From Prevotella sp. (GTDB taxonomy: Bacteria > Bacteroidota > Bacteroidia > Bacteroidales > Bacteroidaceae): a DNA stretch of 64,000 nt. The translations under genes were made by a program, and so were the position numbers. A model generated the notes under the pieces. The model worked only from the letters and a program-made list of their open reading frames with translations, searched no databases and was not told the origin of the DNA. Shown here in pieces: positions 10,057 through 19,448 of this stretch (its first letter is position 1; each line of letters begins with the position of its first letter). Location of the stretch: the NCBI GenBank assembly GCA_051878715.1, contig JBJEKQ010000070.1, forward strand, positions 2,420 through 66,419, in the 5' to 3' direction.

Positions 10057-10136
10057 TATTACTTTTGCACTCGTTATCATACGATTACAGGACTTTTAAA
10101 AACAAGGGGAGCGTTGTCGGCTCTCCACCCGAAAAC

Positions 10137-11243
10137 ATGGAAGAAATCATCGATTTAATCAACGAAATGTCGCCCTACATCCTTCTGGGCTTTCTGCTGG
10201 CAGGACTGATGCACGCATTCATCTCTCCGGCACTGTATCACCGCTATCTTGGCGGCAACACATTCCGCTCGGTGGTCTATGCTGCCTTGCTGGGCATTCC
10301 GCTACCGCTCTGCTCGTGTGGAGTCATTCCCACAGCCATGTCACTGTACAAGGAAGGGGCTTCCAAGGGTGCCACCATTTCCTTTCTCATAGCCACCCCG
10401 CAAACAGGAGTTGACTCCATCATCGCCACCTACTCGCTCATGGGCCTCCCCTTTGCCTTACTGCGCCCCATTGCGGCACTGTTCACCGCCCTCTTCGGAG
10501 GAGCCATCACCAACCTGTGGAGCCACTGCGAACCTCAACTCGCCAAATCCCACACCTGTTGTTGCTGCGAAGACGATGACTGCAACGACGATGACTGTGA
10601 TGACAATAATGAAAGTGAATGCGGTTGCGGATGTGGGTGCGGATGCCATGGAGAGAAAGGAGAAGTGCCTGTCACTTTTTGGCAGAAAACAGTCAAGGCT
10701 CTGCATTATGCCTTTATCGAGATGATGGGAGATATAGGCAAATGGCTGTTGGTGGGATTGCTGGTGGCTGGACTGATTACCGTATTTGTTCCGGCATCGT
10801 TCTTCAGCATGTTTGCAGACAAGCCCTTGCTGAGCATGCTGCTGGTGCTGGTGTGTGCCATGCCCATGTATCTGTGTGCTACAGGTTCCATCCCCATAGC
10901 CGTGGCACTGATGCTCAAGGGGCTTTCCCCCGGCACCGCCCTGGTATTGCTCATGGCAGGACCTGCCGTCAACGCCGCCTCGATGATAGTCATCGGACAG
11001 GTGATGGGCAAGCGCACTGTATGGCTCTACCTCCTTTCCATCATCATGGGTGCGGTAGCATGTGGATTGATGATTGACTATCTGTTGCCTCACGAATGGT
11101 TCACCGTTCCGCTCAACAGCATCCATCACAGCAAGACCGAGGGAGTGCCTGTGTTCAGCACCATCTGCTCCATTCTGCTTCTCGCCATGATTCTGTATGC
11201 CCGATACAACAAGAAACGCACATCGCACAAATGCTGCGGATAG
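10137..11243 (+). CDS. SO_0444/ArsP (DUF318)-family metal permease with Cys/Asp-rich loop
   Basis: Duplicated half-site motifs PLPLCSCGVIP and MYLCATGSIP, ATPQTGVDS, central HTCCCCEDDDCNDDDC...CGCGCGCGCH loop. Start at ATG 10137. Confidence 0.88.
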   Translation: MEEIIDLINEMSPYILLGFLLAGLMHAFISPALYHRYLGGNTFRSVVYAALLGIPLPLCSCGVIPTAMSLYKEGASKGATISFLIATPQTGVDSIIATYSLMGLPFALLRPIAALFTALFGGAITNLWSHCEPQLAKSHTCCCCEDDDCNDDDCDDNNESECGCGCGCGCHGEKGEVPVTFWQKTVKALHYAFIEMMGDIGKWLLVGLLVAGLITVFVPASFFSMFADKPLLSMLLVLVCAMPMYLCATGSIPIAVALMLKGLSPGTALVLLMAGPAVNAASMIVIGQVMGKRTVWLYLLSIIMGAVACGLMIDYLLPHEWFTVPLNSIHHSKTEGVPVFSTICSILLLAMILYARYNKKRTSHKCCG

Positions 11244-11281
11244 AAAAAAGGTGCCCGTCCAAATGGCGGGCACCTCAAAAA
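11244..11281. terminator. Intrinsic terminator between convergent permease and tRNA-Ser
   Basis: AGGTGCCCGTCC-AAAT-GGCGGGCACCT hairpin. The preceding A6 run is a U-tract on the minus strand. Confidence 0.8.
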
Positions 11282-11301
11282 CTTTGTTCACATGACTTTT
11301 G

Positions 11302-11389
11302 CGGAGAGAACAGGATTCGAACCTGCGAACCGGTTTTGCCGGTTACACGCTTTCCAGGCGTGCCTCTTCAACCACTCGAGCACCTCTCC
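11302..11389 (-). tRNA. tRNA-Ser (anticodon GGA)
   Basis: Reverse complement GGAGAGGTGCTCGAGTGGTTGAAGAGGCACGCCTGGAAAGCGTGTAACCGGCAAAACCGGTTCGCAGGTTCGAATCCTGTTCTCTCCG. Long variable arm, GGTTCGAATCC T-loop, TACTTTTG promoter box at 11416-11423. Confidence 0.97.
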
Positions 11390-11500
11390 TTGTCGCGTTT
11401 GACTCAATTGCGGTGCAAAAGTAGCACAATTATTTCTGATTTGTGTAGAGACGGCTATTTTTTAAGTTTCGTTAAGATTTAGAATCCAGGAGGTCACTAT

Positions 11501-12292
11501 TCAGCGACAGTGGCAGGTTTGCAGGAAAAGTCGCCTGGCCGTCTCTGTGGTGACGCACGCCACTTCCTCCTCCGTTACGCCATAACTCTGTGCCAACACA
11601 GAAACGATATAGGGTATGAAGGAACTCTCGTTGCGAGTGCCACGCTTGGGAACAGGTGCCATATAGGGCGCATCCGTTTCCAGTACAATGCGATGCAGGG
11701 GCACTGTCTGCGGCAATACCGTAGGCAGAGGTGATTTCTTGAAGGTGAGTACTCCTCCGATGCCCAAAACAAAACGGGGGAATGACAACAATTGTTCTGC
11801 CTCCTGCTCATTACCTGTAAAGCAATGAAACACACCACCTACCAGCTCTTTCTCATATTCACGCAGTAGTTTCACCATCTCATTCTGCGCCTTCCGGCAG
11901 TGTATCATCAGCGGCTTCTTCACTTCCGCAGCCCATTCCACCTGTATTCTGAAAGCATCCAATTGCGCCTGCTCAAATTCACGACTCCAATAGAAATCGA
12001 GTCCCACTTCACCGATGGCAATAAAATCATCACAATACATCTCCTTGAGTCGGGCAATCACCTCTCGGTAGTCGGACTTTACCTCTTCTGGATGCAGTCC
12101 CACCATAGGAAAAATCACTCCCGGATATTCTGAGGAGAGTTTCTGCGCCCTTTCGCTTGACACCACATCAATGGCAGGAACAAAGATTTTCTCCACTCCC
12201 TGTTCACGGGCACGCTCCACAACTTCGGGAAGATCTTGCGCAAACTCTTCCCCGTCCAAATGGGCATGCGTATCTATAAAACTTATCATCAT
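11501..12292 (-). CDS. tatD: TatD-family hydrolase/DNase
   Basis: FIDTHAHLD, GLHP, IGEVGLD, IHCR, FHCF, LETDAPY motifs. Confidence 0.95.
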   Translation of the reverse strand: MMISFIDTHAHLDGEEFAQDLPEVVERAREQGVEKIFVPAIDVVSSERAQKLSSEYPGVIFPMVGLHPEEVKSDYREVIARLKEMYCDDFIAIGEVGLDFYWSREFEQAQLDAFRIQVEWAAEVKKPLMIHCRKAQNEMVKLLREYEKELVGGVFHCFTGNEQEAEQLLSFPRFVLGIGGVLTFKKSPLPTVLPQTVPLHRIVLETDAPYMAPVPKRGTRNESSFIPYIVSVLAQSYGVTEEEVACVTTETARRLFLQTCHCR

Positions 12293-12324
12293 CAAATCGT
12301 ATATCCGTCGGGCTCCACAGAACC

Positions 12325-13308
12325 TTATTTCTCACGTTTCATCATGTCAAGGGCATAGCACCGAAGCACCTCCTTACGCTCCGCAGGCAATGGGATGCTT
12401 TCCAGACTTTTCAGGCACTCTTGAAAATAAGTATTTATTTTTTCTTCACAGAGCTGACGGACACCTATTTCATTATAAAGTCTCGTCACTGCTTCAATTT
12501 TCTCTTGTCTGTCAAACTCATTGACAGTAGTCCAATGGAACAGTTCTGCACGTTGCTTTTCGTTGGCATGGAGGAACGCGTTGATAAGCATGTAAGTCTT
12601 CTTATTGGAAGTGATATCTCCTCCTATAGCTTTGCCAAACACCTGAGGATCACCGTACACATCCAGCAGGTCATCCTGCAGCTGGAAAGCCAGCCCCATC
12701 AATTCGCCAAAACGATACAATTGCTGCGTATCCTGTGGTGAGGCATCAGCCAATAGTGCCCCCATCTTGGTGGCACAAGCCAGTAGCACGCTGGTTTTCA
12801 ATCTTATCATCTCTATGTACTCCTCTTCCGTCACATCGTCGCGCGTCTCAAACTCCATGTCATACTGCTGTCCCTCCCCTATCTGCAGTGCCGTTTCAGT
12901 GAACAGATGCAGCAGTTCCGGAAGTTTGTCTTCATCACATTGCGTCAATCTTTGATAAGCAAGTACCTGCATGGTATCTCCCGAGAGAATGGCAGCGTTG
13001 GCATTCCACTTTCGATGCACGGTGGGTTTGCCACGCCTCACATCAGCATTGTCCATCAGGTCGTCGTGCAGTAGAGTATAGTTATGATAGGTTTCCAGAG
13101 CGCAGGCAGGCATCAGTATATATTCGGGATTGTCCTTATACATATTGTACGCCAGCAGCATCAGCACCGGTCGTATGCGCTTGCCACCTAATGACAATAC
13201 GTATTTGATGGGTTCATAGATGGTTTGCGGTTCTCTCTCGTAAGGCAGGTTACTGATAAAATCATTCACCATGTCCAAAAGCTCCTGTGATGTTTTCATG
13301 TCTTTCAT
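12325..13308 (-). CDS. ispA: Polyprenyl diphosphate synthase (IspA-like)
   Basis: GGKRIRP, LHDDLMDNADVRRG, EGQQYD, FQLQDDLLD motifs. Confidence 0.92.
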   Translation of the reverse strand: MKDMKTSQELLDMVNDFISNLPYEREPQTIYEPIKYVLSLGGKRIRPVLMLLAYNMYKDNPEYILMPACALETYHNYTLLHDDLMDNADVRRGKPTVHRKWNANAAILSGDTMQVLAYQRLTQCDEDKLPELLHLFTETALQIGEGQQYDMEFETRDDVTEEEYIEMIRLKTSVLLACATKMGALLADASPQDTQQLYRFGELMGLAFQLQDDLLDVYGDPQVFGKAIGGDITSNKKTYMLINAFLHANEKQRAELFHWTTVNEFDRQEKIEAVTRLYNEIGVRQLCEEKINTYFQECLKSLESIPLPAERKEVLRCYALDMMKREK

Positions 13309-13345
13309 TCAATGGTTTATGGTGGCAATGAATGCCACCGTCATG

Positions 13346-14056
13346 TTATAGTCTGAACACAATGGGCACAGCCACCATGGTTCTGCAAGGTTTGTCGTTT
13401 TGTATTCCCGGTTTCCAATTGGGCATTTTGCGCATCACGCGCATGGCTTCATTGTCGCAGTTTGGCTCCAGCGACTTAGCCACCTTGATGTCAGATATTG
13501 ACCCGTCGGTATTCACAATAAACTGCACCAGCACCTTGCCTTGTATCTTACGCATCTTGGCAAAGGGCGGATAAGTAAGATTGCTGGTAAGCCATTTCAT
13601 AAAAGCCACCGCCCCACCCGGAAATTGCGGAAGGTCCTGTACAACTCTAAAGTTGGGCGGATTGTCATTTGCATCCACCACGGGCGGCATATCATCCTCA
13701 GTATCATCCGTCTCCACTGCCTGGGCAAGATTGTCGTTGCCCACGGGCAAGGGTTCGGATATTTCTTCCTGCTGTGCCTGTTGCGGTTCTTCCGTTTCTA
13801 CCATTTTCAGTGCCTGTTTCTTTTCGGGTTCCATTGGCAACAAAGGTATTCTATCTTCCTTCTTTTCCTCTTCCATCATGTCGAGTTCTTCAGTCAGCTC
13901 CTCTATCTCCTCTTCCGAAAAGTCGTCTTCATCACCGCCCAAAGGGATATGGACAAGCACTGACAGAGCTACGGTGACAAGCAGTAGAGCTATAAAAAAA
14001 CGCCGTGCCCGCCCTTTTTCCAAGTCTGCTTTCGGTGATTTCTTCAATTCCATCAT
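13346..14056 (-). CDS. tonB: Energy transducer TonB
   Basis: MELKKSPKADLE N-terminus, TM anchor, acidic linker, PQFPGG...YPPFA...QGKVLVQFIVNTDGSI TonB-C domain. Confidence 0.92.
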   Translation of the reverse strand: MMELKKSPKADLEKGRARRFFIALLLVTVALSVLVHIPLGGDEDDFSEEEIEELTEELDMMEEEKKEDRIPLLPMEPEKKQALKMVETEEPQQAQQEEISEPLPVGNDNLAQAVETDDTEDDMPPVVDANDNPPNFRVVQDLPQFPGGAVAFMKWLTSNLTYPPFAKMRKIQGKVLVQFIVNTDGSISDIKVAKSLEPNCDNEAMRVMRKMPNWKPGIQNDKPCRTMVAVPIVFRL

Positions 14057-14208
14057 CCTTTGTCAAATATCCTTTCGGAAAGAATGCTCCCTGGTTCTGT
14101 ATATTGTCACCTCACAGACCAAAAAACCTTTCTTCCGTTAAATCATTTACAAAAGTAATCAGATATTTGAAAAAAGCCTTATCTTTGTAGTCAAAATAAT
14201 AAAAACAA

Positions 14209-15156
14209 ATGAAAAAAGTTTCCATCGCGTTACTTTCCTGTCTTCTTTCCTTTGTGGCACATGCACAGGAAAGCAGCACGGCATATAATTTTCTGCGTCT
14301 GCCAGTAAGCGCCCATGCTGCAGCACTGGGCGGAGATAACATTTCCATCACCGACGATGATGCATCCATCATTTTCCATAACCCAGCTCTCATCAGCAAT
14401 GTGAGCGACAAAAGCATTAACATCAACTTCATGACCTACATGGAGGGGGTAAATATCGGAAGTGCCTCGTTTGTAAAAGCATGGGGTGAGCGTGCCACGT
14501 GGGGAGCATGCGCCATGTACATGGACTATGGAAAAATCAAGGAGACCACCGCAACGAACGAGGTGATAGGCGACTTCTCCGCCAAAGACGTGATGCTGGG
14601 CGGAACCTTTACATATCTGCTCTCCAACAAGATTGCTGGTGGTATCACCGCCAAAATCATCTCTTCTTCTATCGGCGGCTATAGTTCCATGGCTGTGGGT
14701 ATCGATCTTGGACTGAATTTCTACGATGCCGAGCACAATTTGTCTGTATCGGCAGTGGCAAAAAACCTGGGCGGACAAGTGAAGGCCTATGACGACAATT
14801 TCGAGAAAATTCCCTTTGACCTGCAGATAGGAGCCAGCAAACGACTGGTGGGAGCGCCCCTGCGTTTCTCGGCCACTTTCACCCGTCTCAACTCCTGGGA
14901 CGATGACTTTATCAATCACCTGAACCTCGGTGCAGACCTGTTTCTTGGCAACAGCATCTATGTGGCTGCAGGCTATAATTTCCGCCGTGCCGATGAGATG
15001 AAAATCTATCAAGACGATGACAGCAGTAGCAACCATGGAGCGGGCCTGTCTGTAGGCGGTGGCATCCATCTGGAACGTTTCAAATTGCAAATGTCGTATG
15101 CGAAGTACCATGTTTCATCCACCTCGCTACTGTTCAACCTCACCTACACGTTGTAA
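14209..15156 (+). CDS. porQ: PorQ/PorV-family outer membrane beta-barrel (type IX secretion associated)
   Basis: Signal peptide, [15 protein letters not shown] and IFHNPAL motifs, alternating beta-strands. Lies upstream of cmk. Confidence 0.78.
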   Translation: MKKVSIALLSCLLSFVAHAQESSTAYNFLRLPVSAHAAALGGDNISITDDDASIIFHNPALISNVSDKSININFMTYMEGVNIGSASFVKAWGERATWGACAMYMDYGKIKETTATNEVIGDFSAKDVMLGGTFTYLLSNKIAGGITAKIISSSIGGYSSMAVGIDLGLNFYDAEHNLSVSAVAKNLGGQVKAYDDNFEKIPFDLQIGASKRLVGAPLRFSATFTRLNSWDDDFINHLNLGADLFLGNSIYVAAGYNFRRADEMKIYQDDDSSSNHGAGLSVGGGIHLERFKLQMSYAKYHVSSTSLLFNLTYTL

Positions 15157-15194
15157 AATATCCTGTACCCATTCGCAATAATACCGACAGAAAT

Positions 15195-15884
15195 ATGAAA
15201 AAAATCGTGATAGCCATCGATGGGCACTCTTCTTGTGGCAAAAGCACCATGGCAAAGGCATTGGCCCGCCAGTTGGGATACATATACGTAGATACAGGTG
15301 CCATGTACCGCGCCGTGACACTCTTTGCCCTGCAGCATCAACTGTTCGATTCCAATGGCAACGTAAAGGCAGATACCCTGCAGTCTATGATGCCTCAGGT
15401 ACACGTATCATTTGTACTGAACAAGGTAACGGGATTGCCCGATACCTATCTCAACGGAGTGGCCGTAGAACAGGAGATACGTACCATGGAGGTATCTTCA
15501 CATGTCAGTCCCATCGCAGCTCTTCCCTTTGTACGCGAGGCTATGGTGGCACAACAGCGTGAGATGGGTATTCAAAAGGGCATTGTGATGGATGGTAGGG
15601 ATATTGGGACCACCGTTTTTCCTCATGCCGAACTGAAAGTGTTTGTCACGGCTACGGCGGAAATAAGGGCACAACGACGCTTCAAGGAACTGTTGGAAAA
15701 AGGAATGGATGCCGACTATGAGAAGATATTGAAAAATGTACAGGAACGCGACTATATAGATTCACACAGGGAGGTATCTCCGCTACGCCAAGCAGAAGAT
15801 GCCATTCTTTTGGACAACAGCCATATGACCATCAGCCAGCAACAGCAATGGCTTTTGGAGCAAGTGCAACGCGTCTGCAACTAA
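15195..15884 (+). CDS. cmk: Cytidylate kinase
   Basis: [14 protein letters not shown]-loop, [21 protein letters not shown] motifs. Confidence 0.97.
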   Translation: MKKIVIAIDGHSSCGKSTMAKALARQLGYIYVDTGAMYRAVTLFALQHQLFDSNGNVKADTLQSMMPQVHVSFVLNKVTGLPDTYLNGVAVEQEIRTMEVSSHVSPIAALPFVREAMVAQQREMGIQKGIVMDGRDIGTTVFPHAELKVFVTATAEIRAQRRFKELLEKGMDADYEKILKNVQERDYIDSHREVSPLRQAEDAILLDNSHMTISQQQQWLLEQVQRVCN

Positions 15885-15903
15885 AATTTTGTCAATAAGT
15901 TAC

Positions 15904-16149
15904 TCAGATTTTATCAGAAAGAAATTCAGATTGTCGCGCCAACTCCCCATTACACTGGCTGGAGAGATATTCAAACAAATTATGCTTCAACACTATACTT
16001 ATCTTCATCAATAAGTCACTGCCAATATTGTCACGCTGAAATATATCATATACATTGGAGCGTTCGCAATGGATTGCTTCGGACAACTGCTTTACTGTCA
16101 CATTTTTCTGTAACATTACATCTCTTATATATTCTCCCAATTTTGCCAT
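15904..16149 (-). CDS. Small XRE-type helix-turn-helix protein
   Basis: VTVKQLSEAIHCERSNVYDIFQRDNIGSDLLMKIS HTH pattern. AT-rich gene with its own TACCTTTG box at 16232-16239. Confidence 0.78.
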   Translation of the reverse strand: MAKLGEYIRDVMLQKNVTVKQLSEAIHCERSNVYDIFQRDNIGSDLLMKISIVLKHNLFEYLSSQCNGELARQSEFLSDKI

Positions 16150-16302
16150 CTGTTTTTCTTATTTAACTGTTTCAGTAGTTAATCTATCTTTCATTATCAC
16201 CGAATCATCTTTCCCCATTTTGTCTTGGATGCAAAGGTATATATTTATCTCTGAGTTTCATCACATTACCCCCCCCCCATTAACTTTTGTTAACCTCACT
16301 TT

Positions 16303-17175
16303 TCACTTTTCCCAAGACTTCTCCATACTCTCTATGGCATCCCTACACTGATCCATCAGCCATTTGGGAGTGCTGGTGGCACCACAAATGCCCACAGTCT
16401 TTGCATTCTTGAGCCACGAAGGTTCTATTTCCTCAGGCCCCTCTATCAAGTGGCTGTTGGCATTGACCCTCAGACACTCATCAAAAAGCACCCGTCCGTT
16501 GCTACTCTTTCTGCCGCAGACAAAAAGCACCAGGTCATGTTGACCTGCAAAAGCAGATACATTAGGCATACGGTTTGCTACCTGACGGCAAATGGTATCA
16601 AAACTCTGGAACACAGCAGAGGGAGAGATATGCTGCTGAATGTAGTCGATGATACGATGGAACTCATCGAGTGACTTGGTGGTCTGCGAATAGAGATAGA
16701 TATCTCTGCTGAAATCAAGTTGTGCCACATCCTCAAAATGAGCAAGCACGATGGCCTTACCTTTGGTCTGTCCTACCAGTCCGAGCACCTCGGCATGTCC
16801 AGGTTTGCCGAAAATAACAATCTGCGCATCAGGATTCCTGTCACATTGCTGTTTGATACGCCGCTGCAACTGCAATACCACAGGACAGGTAGCATCAATA
16901 ATCTCTATATTGTTACGATTTGCCATGCTGTAGGTACCGGGCGGTTCACCGTGGGCCCTCAGCAACACCTTGACATGATGCAACTGTTCCATTTCCTCAT
17001 GGTTGATGGTCTTCAGTCCCATTCTACGTAACCGTTCGCACTCCATGCCGTTGTGCACGATATCACCCAGACAATAAAGGGCGTTTCCCTTTGACAATTC
17101 CTCTTCAGCCTTGTTGATGGCAGTGGTCACGCCAAAGCAGAAGCCGCTGCCATTGTCTATCTCTATCTGTAACAT
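16303..17175 (-). CDS. ispH: 4-hydroxy-3-methylbut-2-enyl diphosphate reductase
   Basis: GFCFGV, IVHN, RAHG, DATCPVV, SQTT, TIC, SSN, GATSTP motifs. Start at ATG 17175. Confidence 0.96.
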   Translation of the reverse strand: MLQIEIDNGSGFCFGVTTAINKAEEELSKGNALYCLGDIVHNGMECERLRRMGLKTINHEEMEQLHHVKVLLRAHGEPPGTYSMANRNNIEIIDATCPVVLQLQRRIKQQCDRNPDAQIVIFGKPGHAEVLGLVGQTKGKAIVLAHFEDVAQLDFSRDIYLYSQTTKSLDEFHRIIDYIQQHISPSAVFQSFDTICRQVANRMPNVSAFAGQHDLVLFVCGRKSSNGRVLFDECLRVNANSHLIEGPEEIEPSWLKNAKTVGICGATSTPKWLMDQCRDAIESMEKSWEK

Positions 17176-17188
17176 ACACACATTCTGA

Positions 17189-18301
17189 TTATATGATGCT
17201 CTCCCCTCCATCTCGTTTGTAGTAGGCATTGAGCAGGTCTGCAGCCGCCATGAACGAGGTCTTCGAGCCTGTCAACACCTGTTGCTCCGCCATTTTCAGG
17301 CGTTGCTGCATCTCGCTGTTGTTGTAGAAATGGTTGCGCAGATGCTCATTGACAGTCTCGTACATCCAGTATTTTGCCTGCTCGTTGCGACGATATTCAA
17401 AATAGCCGTTTTCCTTCACGAAATCGATATACTTATAAACCATGTCCCATATCTCACGGATGCCAATACCGTAGAATCCGCTGTAGCAGAGCACCTGCGG
17501 TGTCCATCCGCTCTCATGAGGCGGGAAGAAATGCAAGGCATTTTTCAGACTGGTGGCCGCCAGATGACACCGGTCCACATTATCACCATCACACTTATTG
17601 ATGACAATGCCGTCGCTGATTTCCATGATACCTCGTTTGATTCCCTGCAGTTCATCTCCTGTTCCTGCCACCTGTATCAGCAGGAAGAAATCCACCATGG
17701 AGTGGCAGGCAGTCTCACTCTGTCCCACTCCCACTGTCTCCACGAAAATCTTGTCAAAACCAGCCGCTTCGCACAAGATGATACTTTCCCTTGTCTTGCG
17801 TGCCACACCGCCCAGCGACCCTGCCGACGGACTGGGACGTATGAACGACTTGGGATGTTGCGCCAGTTTCTCCATTCTGGTCTTGTCACCGAGGATACTT
17901 CCCTTGCTGCGCTCACTGCTGGGGTCGATGGCGAGCACAGCCAACTTGCCTCCATACTGCTGCAATACATGGATGCCGAACTCGTCGATGGAAGTAGATT
18001 TCCCGGCACCTGGAACACCACTGATACCCACTCTCACCGATTTGCCGCTATAAGGCAGGCACTTTTCTATCACCTCCTGTGCCATGCTCTGATGGTCAGG
18101 GTTCACGCTTTCTACCAGTGTCACGGCACGACTCAGCACAGTGACATCCCCTTTGACGATACCCTCCACCATTTCGGCAGGCGACAGCTCACGGCGTTTC
18201 ACACGCTGTCGTTTCAGATAGGGATTGATTATAGACTGCTGTGCCACGCCGTCGTTGACAGTAAGTCCCTTGTATGCTTCGCTGTTTTCTGGATGTTCCA
18301 T
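17189..18301 (-). CDS. meaB: Methylmalonyl-CoA mutase-associated GTPase MeaB
   Basis: GVPGAGKST, AIDPSS...GSILGDKTRM, ETVGVGQSE, GDELQGIKRGIME, NKCD motifs. Confidence 0.96.
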   Translation of the reverse strand: MEHPENSEAYKGLTVNDGVAQQSIINPYLKRQRVKRRELSPAEMVEGIVKGDVTVLSRAVTLVESVNPDHQSMAQEVIEKCLPYSGKSVRVGISGVPGAGKSTSIDEFGIHVLQQYGGKLAVLAIDPSSERSKGSILGDKTRMEKLAQHPKSFIRPSPSAGSLGGVARKTRESIILCEAAGFDKIFVETVGVGQSETACHSMVDFFLLIQVAGTGDELQGIKRGIMEISDGIVINKCDGDNVDRCHLAATSLKNALHFFPPHESGWTPQVLCYSGFYGIGIREIWDMVYKYIDFVKENGYFEYRRNEQAKYWMYETVNEHLRNHFYNNSEMQQRLKMAEQQVLTGSKTSFMAAADLLNAYYKRDGGESII

Positions 18302-18302
18302 A

Positions 18303-19397
18303 TTATTTGGCATTTACAGTTATCGTTACATGTGGTTTGTCGGGATCATTGGTAATCATCAGCACACGCGGTTTGGTGCGCACTTTTGCCAACTCATCGC
18401 GCACGGCGGTAACCCGCAGTTTCGCAGTTTCCCCGGGTGACAGCACGCTCTTCGACAGCTCCACCCTCAATCCTGTGGTGAAGAGTTGCAGCGAAGAGAT
18501 TTTCAAATCAGAGCGTCCTTTATTGGTTATAGTGATTTTTCCCGTCTTCTTTGTTTTCTTGTCAAACACGATATCAAGTTGCTCGGTCGAGAGTTCCATG
18601 TGGGGTGCATACTGTTTCTGCCCTCCCTGGTAGAGTGAGAGGTCGGGCAACAGGACAGCCGAAGCCACCACCTCATTGTCGGCACTCACCTTATCACCCG
18701 GTTTGTTGGCAAGATGCAGTGAGGTCTGTGTCAGACCATAGTCGCGCAGTTTCTCTGAAAGCAACGTCACCACCATCTTTCCAGTCTTCCCAGGTGCCAG
18801 ATTCTCAGGCAACATCACGGCAGTGAGGTAGTTGGGCAGGTGCATCATGTTGGGTGACAACACTGTAGTACCGTTATTTACCATGCGTATCTCCTGTACC
18901 GGATGTTCGCCCTTGTTCACATTCTCAAACTCCAGATCAAGCCTATCTACGCACAGGTTGCCCACGGTATAGGGATACATCTTGGAGTAATCCACATAGT
19001 CAGCCAGCACCACACCCTTCATCCTAAGGTACACGGGTTCTTCCGAGGCATTGGTGTATATGCCCACCGTCTTATTAAAATGCCCCAACTGGCGCGCATC
19101 ATAGGTAAGGGTAACGGTAAACTTTTCTCCACCTTCAATACCGTTGGTGGGATATTTCACGTCAGTACAGCCGCAATCGGTATGCACCTTATGGATAAAC
19201 AATTTTCTGCCTCCCCTGTTCTTCAGTTCAAAGGTAGCAGTCACAGGCATTTCATATCCTGTTTTTCCGCAATCCACTTCTCCCTTGACGATGGTCAACC
19301 GTTGCGCCATGGCATCAGCAGGCAACAATGTCAGTGCCAGCATCAGGCAACCGATGCTGCACCGTGTCAGTATATGGGTGATTGTCTTATTTGTCAT
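18303..19397 (-). CDS. DUF1573 (Ig-like) domain protein
   Basis: Signal peptide, FELKNRGG...TDCGCT motif, three Ig-like repeats. Lies upstream of meaB. Confidence 0.88.
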   Translation of the reverse strand: MTNKTITHILTRCSIGCLMLALTLLPADAMAQRLTIVKGEVDCGKTGYEMPVTATFELKNRGGRKLFIHKVHTDCGCTDVKYPTNGIEGGEKFTVTLTYDARQLGHFNKTVGIYTNASEEPVYLRMKGVVLADYVDYSKMYPYTVGNLCVDRLDLEFENVNKGEHPVQEIRMVNNGTTVLSPNMMHLPNYLTAVMLPENLAPGKTGKMVVTLLSEKLRDYGLTQTSLHLANKPGDKVSADNEVVASAVLLPDLSLYQGGQKQYAPHMELSTEQLDIVFDKKTKKTGKITITNKGRSDLKISSLQLFTTGLRVELSKSVLSPGETAKLRVTAVRDELAKVRTKPRVLMITNDPDKPHVTITVNAK

Positions 19398-19448
19398 GTG
19401 TTCTTCTTTTATGGTTTACTACTGGTTTTCTCCATCTCTCCTTTCTGT

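Noticed and set aside
11244-11389. Integrative element at tRNA-Ser
   Set aside because: No integrase gene and no duplicated tRNA 3' end seen nearby.
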